This document shows, piece by piece, positions 47,212 to 56,926 of a DNA stretch of 64,000 nt. The notes under the pieces are model-generated. The model did no database searches. It saw only the letters and a program-made list of their open reading frames with translations, and had not been told where the DNA came from. Position 1 is the stretch's first letter; each line of letters opens with the position of its first letter. Made by a program: the position numbers and the translations under genes. The DNA is from Eubacteriales bacterium (GTDB lineage Bacteria > Bacillota > Clostridia > Oscillospirales > SIG627). Where the stretch lies: contig JAZOLO010000009.1 of NCBI GenBank assembly GCA_045653035.1, positions 3,277-67,276 of the forward strand. Direction: 5' to 3'.

Positions 47212-47751
47212 CTATTTACTTTGTGTCTTGTACCATATCTTCATTACAAGGCTTTGAGTCTTTCCGTCTGTAATTTCACCTGACATAACCATTTCCACCG
47301 CTTTTTCAAGTGGGATTTTAACAACGTCAAGAAATTCATCCTCGTCGGGATTTGCCACTCCCGCATTAAGTCCCGTTGCAAGATAAAGCCTTATATTCTC
47401 GTCGGAAAATCCTGCTGTAGAAATGAAGTCACCCATATACTCTACATTATCAGCTGTGTACCCGGTTTCCTCTTTAAGCTCTCTTACAGCACAAAGATAA
47501 GGGTCCTCGTCTTTAGTGTCAAGCTTTCCCGCAGGAAGCTCCAAAAGCTCACACCCGAGAGCATAGCGGTACTGCCTAACCATTATAAGCTCGTTTTCAT
47601 CCGTTAATGGTGCAACACATGCAGCCCCCTTGTGCCTTACAACGTCTCTTGTTGAGATAGTGCCGTTTTCAAGCTCAACAGTATCAAGATATACCTTTAC
47701 AACATATCCATCGTATTTAAGCACGCTTTTTATTTGCTTTTCCGTATGCAT
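47212..47751 (-). CDS. nudF: NUDIX hydrolase (ADP-ribose pyrophosphatase, NudF-like)
   Basis: VRQYRY, ELPAGKLD...CAVRELKEETGY, DEDEFLDV, ITDGKT. Confidence 0.85.
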   Translation of the reverse strand: MHTEKQIKSVLKYDGYVVKVYLDTVELENGTISTRDVVRHKGAACVAPLTDENELIMVRQYRYALGCELLELPAGKLDTKDEDPYLCAVRELKEETGYTADNVEYMGDFISTAGFSDENIRLYLATGLNAGVANPDEDEFLDVVKIPLEKAVEMVMSGEITDGKTQSLVMKIWYKTQSK

Positions 47752-47759
47752 TTTACACC

Positions 47760-48962
47760 TCAGAAGCTTATTATTTCATTGTACGTTTCAATGGCAAAAT
47801 TATCCGTCATACCAGAAATATAAGTTATTATTGCTTTTTTGTAGTCATATTCGTTTTCAATATTGAAAATCACTTTGTTTTGGTACGTATCACTCTTAAG
47901 AGCAGTGTATCTCAAAAGCCACGACTTAAAGCCTTCACCCGTTTTAGGATAAACTCTTTCGAGTGTTTCAAGCTCCTTTATGGTGTCCTTTCCCTTGAAG
48001 CATTCGGAGAGCACTTCGTATATTTGTGAAATGATTAGCTCGAAATACTTGTCAGAATATTCAACGCGACGGCATCTGTAGATGTTTTTAAGATTGAATC
48101 GGTTAACTACGTCCATCGCCTTCTTTATTTCGGGAGAAAAGGCAATTCCACGCTCAGGGGATGAGTTTTCACAAACGTCTGAAATAAACCTGTTTATGAG
48201 AATGGTGTTGTTTATTTTTTCACCAAGTATCTCTTTAAGCTCCGCCTGAAGCTCGTCAAGCTTTTCGGGAAGAAGAATACCAAGCCCCATGGCATCGTTA
48301 ATATCTCGTCCGATATACGAAATTTTATCCGAGATTTTAACAACGCAACCCTCGTATGTAAAGGGCTGATACTGGGCAGGGAAGGTGTAAAATTTTTCAA
48401 GGTCGAGAAACTCATCTCTCGGTATAATGCCGTCGTCGCTTACCTCTCCGCAGTGGGAAATAATGCCGTCACGGACTCCATAGGTTAAATTGAGATTTCT
48501 CTTGCACTTTTCATAATCTTCAAGAAGCTCTGTTGAGTCAACAGTCCAAAGCCCGTTTCTCTCGTGCCAGAATTTTTCACCTATTTCTTTTTCTGAAATC
48601 TTTGATAAGAATTTTTCACCCTTATGCCCGAAAGGAGCGTGACCGATGTCGTGTGCTACAGATATCGCACGTGTAAGCTCGGTATTGAGACCGAGAAACT
48701 TTGCAATGGTATAGCTTATTGACTCAACGTGATTTACGTGCTCTATACGAGTGCATATATGGTCGCTTTGAGGGGAGAAGAAAACCTGAGTTTTAGTTTT
48801 CAGCCTTCTGTAAGCGGAGGAATGTATAATTCTTGTGTAGTCCCTTAAAAAGTCACTTCTTATATCTCCGTCTTGATGATAAAGAGGTGTCTCACGGGTA
48901 ATTATTTCTTTCCATTTAGGGTTTTTCATACCTGCCGCATAGGGCTTTAATATATCCTTCAT
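47760..48962 (-). CDS. Deoxyguanosinetriphosphate triphosphohydrolase-like HD protein
   Basis: RDYTRIIHS.AYRRLK.KTQVF, HDIGHAPFGH.GE, YISGMTD.FA. Confidence 0.9.
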   Translation of the reverse strand: MKDILKPYAAGMKNPKWKEIITRETPLYHQDGDIRSDFLRDYTRIIHSSAYRRLKTKTQVFFSPQSDHICTRIEHVNHVESISYTIAKFLGLNTELTRAISVAHDIGHAPFGHKGEKFLSKISEKEIGEKFWHERNGLWTVDSTELLEDYEKCKRNLNLTYGVRDGIISHCGEVSDDGIIPRDEFLDLEKFYTFPAQYQPFTYEGCVVKISDKISYIGRDINDAMGLGILLPEKLDELQAELKEILGEKINNTILINRFISDVCENSSPERGIAFSPEIKKAMDVVNRFNLKNIYRCRRVEYSDKYFELIISQIYEVLSECFKGKDTIKELETLERVYPKTGEGFKSWLLRYTALKSDTYQNKVIFNIENEYDYKKAIITYISGMTDNFAIETYNEIISF

Positions 48963-49007
48963 ATTTACACTCCCTTCTGCAAAAATTATAGCAGATATTT
49001 CCTGATA

Positions 49008-49292
49008 TTACAACAGTTTTTTTGGCTTTACCGTACAGGTACAGGCGGATTTTATAAGAATTGTGTCGCTACCTATCCGTACAATGTCGTCGTAACAGAA
49101 TTTTTTTATTTCACGTGTCTTTGCGAAAGGTGATTTACAAGGTACAGGTACACAAAGAAATCTTATAATACCTCTCTCCGCATCTATTTCTCCGTCTGTG
49201 ACAAAGCCCAGCCTTTCACCCGTTGCCGTATTTATTACTTCTTTTGAAAAAAGCTCACTTATTGTGAGGCATCTTGTTGTAATTTCGCCCAT
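49008..49292 (-). CDS. ylmC: YlmC/YmxH-family PRC-barrel sporulation protein
   Basis: SEL..KEVIN..TGERLG.V.D.EID...G, I.RIG.DTILI. Confidence 0.85.
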   Translation of the reverse strand: MGEITTRCLTISELFSKEVINTATGERLGFVTDGEIDAERGIIRFLCVPVPCKSPFAKTREIKKFCYDDIVRIGSDTILIKSACTCTVKPKKLL

Positions 49293-49307
49293 AAAAGCCT
49301 CCATATT

Positions 49308-50030
49308 TTAGAAAATACCGCTCTGTTTAATTATATCGCGTTTGAGCTCTTTTATGATTCTTTTTTCAAGTCTCGATATATAAGACTGTGAGATTCCCAT
49401 TGTATCTGCAAGCTCCTTTTGAGTAAGCTCACGCCTGCCGTAAAGTCCGAAGCGTTTAATAATTATCTCTCGGTCTCTGTCATTCAGCCTTTCTATGGCG
49501 CGGTGTATTATTATCCTTTCTTCCTCAGCCTCCAGTCCCTTTTGTACCTCGTCTGAATCCGACCCCAGAATATCTCCCAAAAGTAGCTCGTTTCCGTCGG
49601 AATCGGTATTGAGAGGCTCGTCAATTGACACCTCCATTTTAAGAGGAGTTGTCTTTCTTATGAACATCAGTATTTCGTTTTCAATGCATTTTGAGGCGTA
49701 GGTTGCGATTTTTATATTCTTTGTGGGATTGAAGGTGTTGATAGCCTTTACAAGCCCTATAGTACCTATCGATACAAGGTCGTCAGTACCTATACCCGTT
49801 GACTCAAACTTTTTTGATATGTATACTACAAGCCGAAGATTATGTGCAATTAGTGTATCACGACAGCTTTGCACTCTCTTTTCATCGTGACTTATAAGCC
49901 CTTCCATAATCTTTTTTTCTTCTTCTGCTGATAAGGGAGGAGGAAGTGTCCCTACAGAGCCCACGTAGTAGCTTTCGCTTTTAAAAAAAGATAATAAAAA
50001 AGCTTTAATTTTTTTGAAGATTTTTATCAT
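49308..50030 (-). CDS. sigE: RNA polymerase sporulation sigma factor SigE (pro-form)
   Basis: Pro-sequence, LPPPLS, NLRLVVYISKKF, ATYASKCIENEILM, TQKELAD.MGISQSYISRLEKRI; downstream of spoIIGA. Confidence 0.96.
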   Translation of the reverse strand: MIKIFKKIKAFLLSFFKSESYYVGSVGTLPPPLSAEEEKKIMEGLISHDEKRVQSCRDTLIAHNLRLVVYISKKFESTGIGTDDLVSIGTIGLVKAINTFNPTKNIKIATYASKCIENEILMFIRKTTPLKMEVSIDEPLNTDSDGNELLLGDILGSDSDEVQKGLEAEEERIIIHRAIERLNDRDREIIIKRFGLYGRRELTQKELADTMGISQSYISRLEKRIIKELKRDIIKQSGIF

Positions 50031-50794
50031 ATTACTCCCACTATACCGTCATATCCGCCAAACTCGCATCCTGTTGCATCTGGTACGACGATAAACTCCC
50101 TTTTATTGTATTTTTTTATATTAAAATCAAGCCCGTCTGGAATAAACCCGTATTTTACACCGCTTCCCGAAGCAGTCTTAATAGGTATAGCAAATATCTT
50201 TTCACGCTTTAAAAAATCACTTGTATCACCCGTTATATCCCTGATAGACTTTTGCTTTATGAATATTATTCTCCGTCCTGTCACGCTTTCTCTTGCAAGA
50301 TTTCCGCTGTCTATCATAAGACATACCTTTTTCTTTTTATTATTATGTTTTACCGTAGCGGTAACAGAGGTAGTGAGAAGCTTCTTTCTGACAAGTGCCT
50401 CGTATATTTTCTCTGCCCCTAAAATCATGAACACACTTAAAAGAATTACTGCGCCAAACCTTATTCCGCTTTCTGGGAAAAATGTAAAGAGGGAAGAAAC
50501 AGAGGTTACAAGTCCACCCATCAGTGCTTCTGTCAGAATAAAAATAATTGTACCTACAAGAAGCTTTTTCCTGCCTGTCACAGCAAAAACCATAAAACTT
50601 GCTACAGGAATATTAAGAAAATACAAGGATGGAAATAAGATAAACAAAATAGCCCACACTCCGCCAAGAGTTGCACCAATGAGTAGCTTTAACACCGACA
50701 GGGGAATAGACAGAACTTTTTTTGTAGCATAAAGACATATAAAATCTACCCCAAAGTTCAAAAAGAAAAATACGTCAACGTATATTTTCATCAC
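50027..50794 (-). CDS. spoIIGA: Pro-sigmaE processing peptidase SpoIIGA
   Basis: IYVDVFFFLNF..D, TM segments, IDSGN aspartic protease motif; overlaps the sigE start. Confidence 0.9.
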   Translation of the reverse strand: MMKIYVDVFFFLNFGVDFICLYATKKVLSIPLSVLKLLIGATLGGVWAILFILFPSLYFLNIPVASFMVFAVTGRKKLLVGTIIFILTEALMGGLVTSVSSLFTFFPESGIRFGAVILLSVFMILGAEKIYEALVRKKLLTTSVTATVKHNNKKKKVCLMIDSGNLARESVTGRRIIFIKQKSIRDITGDTSDFLKREKIFAIPIKTASGSGVKYGFIPDGLDFNIKKYNKREFIVVPDATGCEFGGYDGIVGVI

Positions 50795-50803
50795 CCCTAA
50801 AAA

Positions 50804-50846
50804 AGTATAATTTATAACAAGGGGAGTATTTTGTCATTTTGTGAAA
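50804..50846 (-). promoter_or_regulatory. spoIIG promoter with long spacer (Spo0A-activated type)
   Basis: ATGACA-N22-TATACT on the minus strand, the same 22-bp spacing known for the B. subtilis spoIIG promoter; degenerate 0A-box-like TGTCATT/TGTGAAA over the -35. Confidence 0.55.
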
Positions 50847-50865
50847 TAAAAATCTGCTGTAAATT

Positions 50866-51336
50866 TTACAGCAGATAATTTTCATTATTAAGTTTTGCCT
50901 GAACAAGTGTGTCACCCTCATATACCAGCTTCATTGAGAAAAACGGCACATCCTTTACCATAAGGTCAAGAAAAAGCTTGTCACCCTCCCATAAAGGCAG
51001 TGAAGTTATTTTATCCTTTTCCACCCATTCAAGAACACCCTCGTCACATTCTTTTATTTCACCCTCAAATTCTTTTCCAAGAAAAAGGTGCATATATTCG
51101 GTTTCCCATATATCCGATACAAACGTGACAATTCCTTTGTATTCAAATGAGGTAAGAGTCAGCCCCGTTTCCTCAAAGGTCTCTCTTATTACACATTCCT
51201 CGGGAGTTTCCTTATCCTCAAATTTTCCACCTACTCCGACCCATTTATCACGGTTTAAGTCATTTTCTTTTTTCGTCCTGTGAAGCATTAAATATCTTCC
51301 GTCTTTTTCTATATAGCAAAGAGTGGTATTTCTCAT
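50866..51336 (-). CDS. mutX: 8-oxo-dGTP diphosphatase (MutX/MutT-type NUDIX)
   Basis: TTLCYI..DG.YLMLHR.KK.ND....KWVGVGGKFE..ETPEECVIRET.EETGL, LPLWEGD. Confidence 0.88.
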   Translation of the reverse strand: MRNTTLCYIEKDGRYLMLHRTKKENDLNRDKWVGVGGKFEDKETPEECVIRETFEETGLTLTSFEYKGIVTFVSDIWETEYMHLFLGKEFEGEIKECDEGVLEWVEKDKITSLPLWEGDKLFLDLMVKDVPFFSMKLVYEGDTLVQAKLNNENYLL

Positions 51337-51392
51337 CCATTTCACCTCTACACTATTTTAACATATTTACCGTATTTTTCAATAGTTAAATG

Positions 51393-51443
51393 TTACGAAA
51401 TATAGTAAAAACATATTGACAATTTACGAAATAGCGTTATAAT
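51393..51443 (+). promoter_or_regulatory. dinB SigA promoter overlapped by two 16-bp palindromic boxes
   Basis: TTGACA(51416)-N16-TATAAT(51438); boxes TTACGAAATATAGTAA (51393) and TTACGAAATAGCGTTA (51424). Confidence 0.6.
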
Positions 51444-51464
51444 TATATAGAAAGCAGGTGTAAA

Positions 51465-52760
51465 ATGAGTATTTTTTACGATATTGAGGAATATGAGGAA
51501 TATTACATGTCAAGAGATAAAAAGGGAGGAAGGGTGATACTTCACTCGGATTTGAATAATTTTTTTGCATCTGTCGAAACCCTTTTCTCAAAAGAACTGA
51601 AAAACGTCCCCCTTGCGATTTGCGGAGATAAAGAGGCAAGACATGGCATAGTACTTGCCAAAAACGAGCTTGCAAAAAAGTATGGTGTGAAAACGGGGGA
51701 TACAATATCTCTTGCTTTAAAAAAATGCCCTTTTCTCGTTACCCGTCCCTGTAGATACGAGGAATACGTAAAAGAGTCCAAAAGGGTGCGAGAAATATAT
51801 CTGTCCTTTGCCACCCGTGTAGAATCCTTTGGAATAGACGAAGCGTGGATTGACGTAACAGACCTTGCCGAGAGGGAGAAAGGGACGGATATTTTCACTT
51901 CGGGCAAAAAAATCGCCGAAAGGATAAGAGAGAGAGTAAAAGCCGAAACGGGTCTTACAGTATCCGTCGGAGTAAGCTTTAACAAAACCTTTTCAAAGCT
52001 TGCCTCTGATATGAAAAAGCCTGATGCCGTAACGGTGATTTCATTTGAGAATTATAAGGAAAAGGTATGGAATTTGCCTGTTGAAAATTTGCTTTTCGTA
52101 GGCAGACGCACCAAGGAGGAGCTTCGGAAATTCAAGATAGAAACAGTGGGCGACCTTGCCCGTCAAAAAAGGATACTCCTCAAAAACGAGCTTGGTAAAA
52201 GCGGTGAGCTTTTATGGGACAGAGCAAACGGATTTGACCTGTCACCCGTTGAATATTATCACAAGAGCACCCCTACAAAATCCGTGTCCGTCAGTACCAC
52301 CATGCCCTATGACGCTACGAACTTTGAGGAGTCGAGTTCAGTAATATCCACTATATCTGACGGTATATCCGAGGAGCTGAGACGAAGAAACACCAAGGGG
52401 GGGACAGTAAAGCTTTTTGTGAAGTACTCCGACCTTTCTTCCTTTGTAAGACAACAAAAGCTTCCCGAGAGAACGTATTCCTCTCTTGATATTTACCTTA
52501 CTGCAGTAGCCCTTTTCAAAGACAGTGTCGATTTTTCAAAGCCAGTTCGGGCAATAGGTGTTGGCGTTGACGATTTTTTGGAGATGAGCGATGAGCAAAT
52601 GAGTATATTCTCCAATGCTTATGAAACCGCACTTGATAGAGTACTTGATAAAACAAGAGAAAAATACGGAGACAGAGTAATACAAAGAGCAAGTGTTATG
52701 AAAAACTCACGGCTTTCGGAGTTTGACAAAAAGCACGTTTGCTTTAATTCTGGAATATAA
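51465..52760 (+). CDS. dinB: DNA polymerase IV (Y family)
   Basis: ILHSDLNNFFASVE, AKKYGVKTG, FGIDEAWIDVT, KLASDMKKPD. The start could alternatively be ATG 51507. Confidence 0.93.
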   Translation: MSIFYDIEEYEEYYMSRDKKGGRVILHSDLNNFFASVETLFSKELKNVPLAICGDKEARHGIVLAKNELAKKYGVKTGDTISLALKKCPFLVTRPCRYEEYVKESKRVREIYLSFATRVESFGIDEAWIDVTDLAEREKGTDIFTSGKKIAERIRERVKAETGLTVSVGVSFNKTFSKLASDMKKPDAVTVISFENYKEKVWNLPVENLLFVGRRTKEELRKFKIETVGDLARQKRILLKNELGKSGELLWDRANGFDLSPVEYYHKSTPTKSVSVSTTMPYDATNFEESSSVISTISDGISEELRRRNTKGGTVKLFVKYSDLSSFVRQQKLPERTYSSLDIYLTAVALFKDSVDFSKPVRAIGVGVDDFLEMSDEQMSIFSNAYETALDRVLDKTREKYGDRVIQRASVMKNSRLSEFDKKHVCFNSGI

Positions 52761-52786
52761 AAGGAGACGTAAAACGTCTCCTTTTT
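52760..52786 (+). terminator. Intrinsic terminator
   Basis: AAAGGAGACGT-aaa-ACGTCTCCTTTTT. Confidence 0.8.
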
Positions 52787-52815
52787 GTCATAATCGGCAG
52801 ACCTCCACATAGCAT
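52787..52815 (+). promoter_or_regulatory. SigE-type promoter of the spoIIIA operon
   Basis: GTCATA-N15-CATAGCAT. Confidence 0.7.
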
Positions 52816-52834
52816 TATAAAAAAGGAGAGTCCA

Positions 52835-53731
52835 ATGGAGAGAATATACCACTATCTTCCAGAAAAAGTCTCATCAGCACTAAGATCTCTTTCGCCTGAG
52901 CTGAAAAAAGAAATTACCGAAATAAGACTGAGGAAAAACGCCCACGCATCACTTTCTACCTATTCAAAAAATCTTTTCTTAAATGTTGACGGAAAGGTAA
53001 CGAATAAGATAAAAGAGAGCCTTACTTGTGACGCAAAGGATATTGCTCTTATAGTAAATCGCTTTTGCCAAGGGTCTGTGTACAGATACATGTCCACAAT
53101 AAATACGGGCTTTATCGTAACGGATGACGGAGTAAGAGTTGGAGTATGCGGAGAGGGAATATATGACGGTGGAAAGATAAACTCGGTATCCTCTTTTTCT
53201 TCGGTGAATATAAGACTCTCACGTGAAATAGACAGTGCAGGGGATGCTATATCAAAATATCTTGCAGCCCACAAAAACGCATCAGTCCTCATAGTATCAC
53301 CTCCGGGCTACGGAAAAACCACAGTCATAAGGTCGGTGGCAAAAGCTATAAGCGGGGGTAAGTTTTCTTCTCCTTTAAGAGTAAGCGTAATAGACGAAAG
53401 AGGAGAGATACTCCTCGGGGAGTGTGACGGACTCATTGACCGCTTTCTCGGGTATTCCAAGCCCGACGGAATAGAAATTGCAGTAAGACTCTTTTCGCCC
53501 GAATACGTAATATGCGACGAAATAGGACTTTCTGACGACACAAAGGCACTCCTTTCCGTTCAAAACAGCGGAGTGCCCTTTATCGCTACAACTCACGGAA
53601 GAACACTTGTCGATGCTTTGAAACGTCCTAATATAAAAGAGCTTGTAGAGCATGGAATATTCGACACCTTTGTGAGAATAGAGAAAAGCGAAAAAGAGTC
53701 GGTTTGTGTATTTGAGGAGATTGAGAGATGA
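52835..53731 (+). CDS. spoIIIAA: Stage III sporulation protein AA
   Basis: EIRLR, G.RVGVCG, SVNIR, SPPGYGKTT, VIDERGEI, SPEYVICDEIG. Confidence 0.93.
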   Translation: MERIYHYLPEKVSSALRSLSPELKKEITEIRLRKNAHASLSTYSKNLFLNVDGKVTNKIKESLTCDAKDIALIVNRFCQGSVYRYMSTINTGFIVTDDGVRVGVCGEGIYDGGKINSVSSFSSVNIRLSREIDSAGDAISKYLAAHKNASVLIVSPPGYGKTTVIRSVAKAISGGKFSSPLRVSVIDERGEILLGECDGLIDRFLGYSKPDGIEIAVRLFSPEYVICDEIGLSDDTKALLSVQNSGVPFIATTHGRTLVDALKRPNIKELVEHGIFDTFVRIEKSEKESVCVFEEIER

Positions 53732-54219
53732 AAACCATAGGGCTCATGATTTTGTTCTTTGTACCTACCGCTACAGGCTTTATAAAATCTCAAAGCTATA
53801 TCGAATCGCGAAATATTTTGCGTGGCTTTATTTCTCTTGTAAACTTTATTAAGCGAGAAATAACGTCTTATCTTACCCCTCAACAGGAAATATATAAAAA
53901 GTTTTACGATAAAAGCCTTGAAAAAAGCACCTTCCTTTCGGCACTTCGTAAATCGGATGGCGACAATCCCTTTGCTCTGGCACTGGGCGAAAGCAAAAAC
54001 AAGCTACTTTTAAGCGAGGATACTTTTGAACTACTTTACGAATTTGGAATTTCCTTTGGAACACTTTCGGAGAAAGAAGAAGTGACAAGATGCGAAAAGC
54101 TGATACTCGAGCTTGAAGAAATATACAAAGCACAAAAAGAAGAAACAATCGAAAAAACAAGACTTTGCAGAACAGTTGGATGCATGACGGGAATAGCACT
54201 TGTTTTGCTTATGTGGTAA
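53728..54219 (+). CDS. spoIIIAB: Stage III sporulation protein AB
   Basis: Operon position; REI.Y..TP; C-terminal G.MTGIALVLL. Confidence 0.85.
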   Translation: MKTIGLMILFFVPTATGFIKSQSYIESRNILRGFISLVNFIKREITSYLTPQQEIYKKFYDKSLEKSTFLSALRKSDGDNPFALALGESKNKLLLSEDTFELLYEFGISFGTLSEKEEVTRCEKLILELEEIYKAQKEETIEKTRLCRTVGCMTGIALVLLMW

Positions 54220-54231
54220 AGGAGAAGAAAA

Positions 54232-54426
54232 TTGGACGTAACTCTTATTTTGAAAATAGCAGGGATTGGAACTCTCGTATCCGTTGTTCATCAAATACTC
54301 AGCCGTTACGGAAGAGAAGAGCAGGCGACAATGGTTGCTGTAGCAGGTGTGGTATTGGTGCTCTTTATATTGGTGGAGGAAATGAGTGACCTCTTTCGCA
54401 CAGTACGGGACCTTTTCGGAATATGA
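54232..54426 (+). CDS. spoIIIAC: Stage III sporulation protein AC
   Basis: MDV.LILKIAGIG.LV...QIL...GREEQA. Confidence 0.93.
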   Translation: MDVTLILKIAGIGTLVSVVHQILSRYGREEQATMVAVAGVVLVLFILVEEMSDLFRTVRDLFGI

Positions 54427-54806
54427 CACTTGACGTGGTGGCACTTTGCTCTATGGTGGTAGGAGCACTTTTCGTGCTTATCCCCATGAAAGAGCTGAAA
54501 AAGGAATATTTCATTTTTGCTACGGCTGGACTTTCCGTTGTTATTTTTGTTTTTGCCTTGAAGGGTGCAAAACCGCTTTTTCAGTACGTTGAAACTCTTG
54601 CCCAAAATGAAGCTTCACTCTATTTAAAAATACTCTTAAAGGTTCTCGGTATAAGCGTTATAACGAGTCTTACCTCTGAATTTGCAAAGGATATGGGGTC
54701 AGAGTCTGTGTCGGGAAAGGTAGAGTTTGCAGGCAAGGTAGCAATTCTTCTTTGTGCTATTCCCATATATGATAATCTTTTTCTTTTGGTGGAAAGTGTT
54801 TTATGA
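54423..54806 (+). CDS. spoIIIAD: Stage III sporulation protein AD
   Basis: YLKILLKVLGI......KD.G..S..GKVEFAGKV.IL...IPI. Confidence 0.9.
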   Translation: MTLDVVALCSMVVGALFVLIPMKELKKEYFIFATAGLSVVIFVFALKGAKPLFQYVETLAQNEASLYLKILLKVLGISVITSLTSEFAKDMGSESVSGKVEFAGKVAILLCAIPIYDNLFLLVESVL

Positions 54807-55918
54807 AAAAGATTTTGCTTGTAGCGTTGCTACTCTTTGTCCTGTCACCATATACCCTCGGCGAGACTCTTGACGAAAGCATAAGAGCGGAGCTTGAAAT
54901 AGAAAAGGCAGCAGAAAATATTCCCGAAACGCTTAAAAACAGTGAGCATAATACCATTTCTTTTAGCCCATCGGGGACACCTGCCGAAAACGGACTTACT
55001 CCCCAAAGTATCGTAAAATATATTATAAACCTTGCTTTTTCCTCACTCGGTGAAGAAATATATTTTGTTATTACATTTATCGCTTTTATCATAATTTCAT
55101 CTATGATACACGAAATTGTAGACGGAATAGGTAAAGGATATATAGCATCCTCTGTGCATTTTGCAGTGTCGGCGGTAATATCCTCACTTCTTATCTCTCA
55201 TGTAAACAATGCCCTTATTTCAGCCGAAACCTACATACAAGAGCTTTCTGTATTTATAACGGGACTCCTACCGTTTTTGGGCTCGGTTGCGCTTGTTGGC
55301 GGAGAAATAACAAGTGCGGCAGTAAATGAAGCTCTAATACTGACAGCCGTTTCATTTCTTCAGTTTATTCTTGAAGAAATTGCCATTCCGCTTATTCGTA
55401 TAGTACTCTCTTTTTCTATCGTGGGCTATGTTTCACGCCTTCCAATCGGGGCACTCTCCGAGCTTATAACAAGCTTTGCCACAAAGCTTGTAACCATATC
55501 CTTCGGTGTTCTTTGTGCTATAATATATTTTCAGAATACCGTGACAACAGTAACAGATTCTTTAGCCCTTCGTTCTTTAAAACTTGCGGCAGGAAATTTT
55601 ATTCCCCTTGTCGGAGGCTTTGTTTCGGAAGCGTCGGGCACCTTGATTTCGGGTGTACGTCTTGTAAAATCCACTCTTGGAGTTTTTGCAATATGCGTTA
55701 TTTTCTATACAACAGCATTACCCCTCGTAAATTTCGGTATAAAAAAGCTATCTCTCAAATTTATAAACGTAATTTCAAAATTTATCAGTGCAGATAAAGA
55801 ATCGAAGGTAATAGGCGAGATTGTGGGTGTATATAATATTTTGTCCGCTACGATGATAGCTTCCTCTTGCTTTTTTATTTTTGCAATATCGGTATTTATA
55901 AAAAGTGAGGTGGGATAA
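54803..55918 (+). CDS. spoIIIAE: Stage III sporulation protein AE
   Basis: Multi-pass membrane protein; GNFIPLVGG..SEA.....G..LVKS..GVF. Confidence 0.9.
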   Translation: MKKILLVALLLFVLSPYTLGETLDESIRAELEIEKAAENIPETLKNSEHNTISFSPSGTPAENGLTPQSIVKYIINLAFSSLGEEIYFVITFIAFIIISSMIHEIVDGIGKGYIASSVHFAVSAVISSLLISHVNNALISAETYIQELSVFITGLLPFLGSVALVGGEITSAAVNEALILTAVSFLQFILEEIAIPLIRIVLSFSIVGYVSRLPIGALSELITSFATKLVTISFGVLCAIIYFQNTVTTVTDSLALRSLKLAAGNFIPLVGGFVSEASGTLISGVRLVKSTLGVFAICVIFYTTALPLVNFGIKKLSLKFINVISKFISADKESKVIGEIVGVYNILSATMIASSCFFIFAISVFIKSEVG

Positions 55919-56401
55919 ATGGCAGAGTATCTTACCCTTATTATAACAGTCTCTCTTTTTTGTGGAATAATAAATATTTTTTTTGACGAAAAAGGAATAG
56001 GGAAGACGTCACGTACAGTTGTGAATCTCGTAATGCTTTCCTGCATTGTAATTCCCGTAATGAAAACCTTGGTATTTTTTCAGGATAACGTTGCAATTCC
56101 CGTCATAAACGAAAATAATGCACATATAAATGAGATAGACGAAAGCGATACTGTGGCATACAGAAAATGGCTTGCAAAAATTACCGCAGATGAGGTAGAG
56201 GATGAAATAGAAAGCTCTGTAAAAAAATACACAGGCTTTGAAGTGCGTGCTGAATGTCCTTGGCACATGGAGGGCGAAGACGTTGTATTTGACACGATAA
56301 AAATATATACGAACAGTGACGAACGCTATCATGAAAAAATAAAAAACTCAGTCAAGCTTCACTATCACCTTGATGCAGAGTGTATATCGGTATCAAAATG
56401 A
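55919..56401 (+). CDS. spoIIIAF: Stage III sporulation protein AF
   Basis: Operon position; two N-terminal TM segments. Confidence 0.75.
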   Translation: MAEYLTLIITVSLFCGIINIFFDEKGIGKTSRTVVNLVMLSCIVIPVMKTLVFFQDNVAIPVINENNAHINEIDESDTVAYRKWLAKITADEVEDEIESSVKKYTGFEVRAECPWHMEGEDVVFDTIKIYTNSDERYHEKIKNSVKLHYHLDAECISVSK

Positions 56402-56901
56402 AGAAATTAAACGAACTTTTTACAAGCAAGAATACTACAATAATTTTCATACTTATATTCCTCTTAGGACTTCTTCTGGTGCTTCTTCCTTCAAATGAAA
56501 AAGAGAAAAATACGACTATTGAGAACACCTTGCGCTTTGATGAAGAAGAATACGAAAAAAATCTTGAAAAAAGGCTTAGGGAAATTGTAGAGGAAATAGA
56601 CGGCGTAGGTGATGTGAGAGTCATGATAACGCTAGAGGGGTCGGCTACCTATTCTTACGCTACCGACGTAACTCATGATGTAAGCGAAAAGGGAAATAGC
56701 AAGAAGGAAAGCACCGTTGTACTCTCGACAGGCACGTCAAGTACAAAAGAAGCTGTAATAAGCGGATATACTCTGCCTAAGGTAAAGGGTGCGGCAGTAG
56801 TATGCTCAAAGGAGCTTTCTGCTACCCTTAAGGGCAAGGTGTTAGAGGTTGTGTCTGCAGCCCTTGGAATTTCAAGTGCAAAAATCAGCGTTACAAATTA
56901 G
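56398..56901 (+). CDS. spoIIIAG: Stage III sporulation protein AG
   Basis: YEK.LE.RL.EIV..IDGVG.VRVMITL, PKVKGAAVV. ATG 56398 overlaps the AF stop. Confidence 0.9.
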   Translation: MKKLNELFTSKNTTIIFILIFLLGLLLVLLPSNEKEKNTTIENTLRFDEEEYEKNLEKRLREIVEEIDGVGDVRVMITLEGSATYSYATDVTHDVSEKGNSKKESTVVLSTGTSSTKEAVISGYTLPKVKGAAVVCSKELSATLKGKVLEVVSAALGISSAKISVTN

Positions 56902-56926
56902 AATTAAATATAATCGGAGGTATCCC

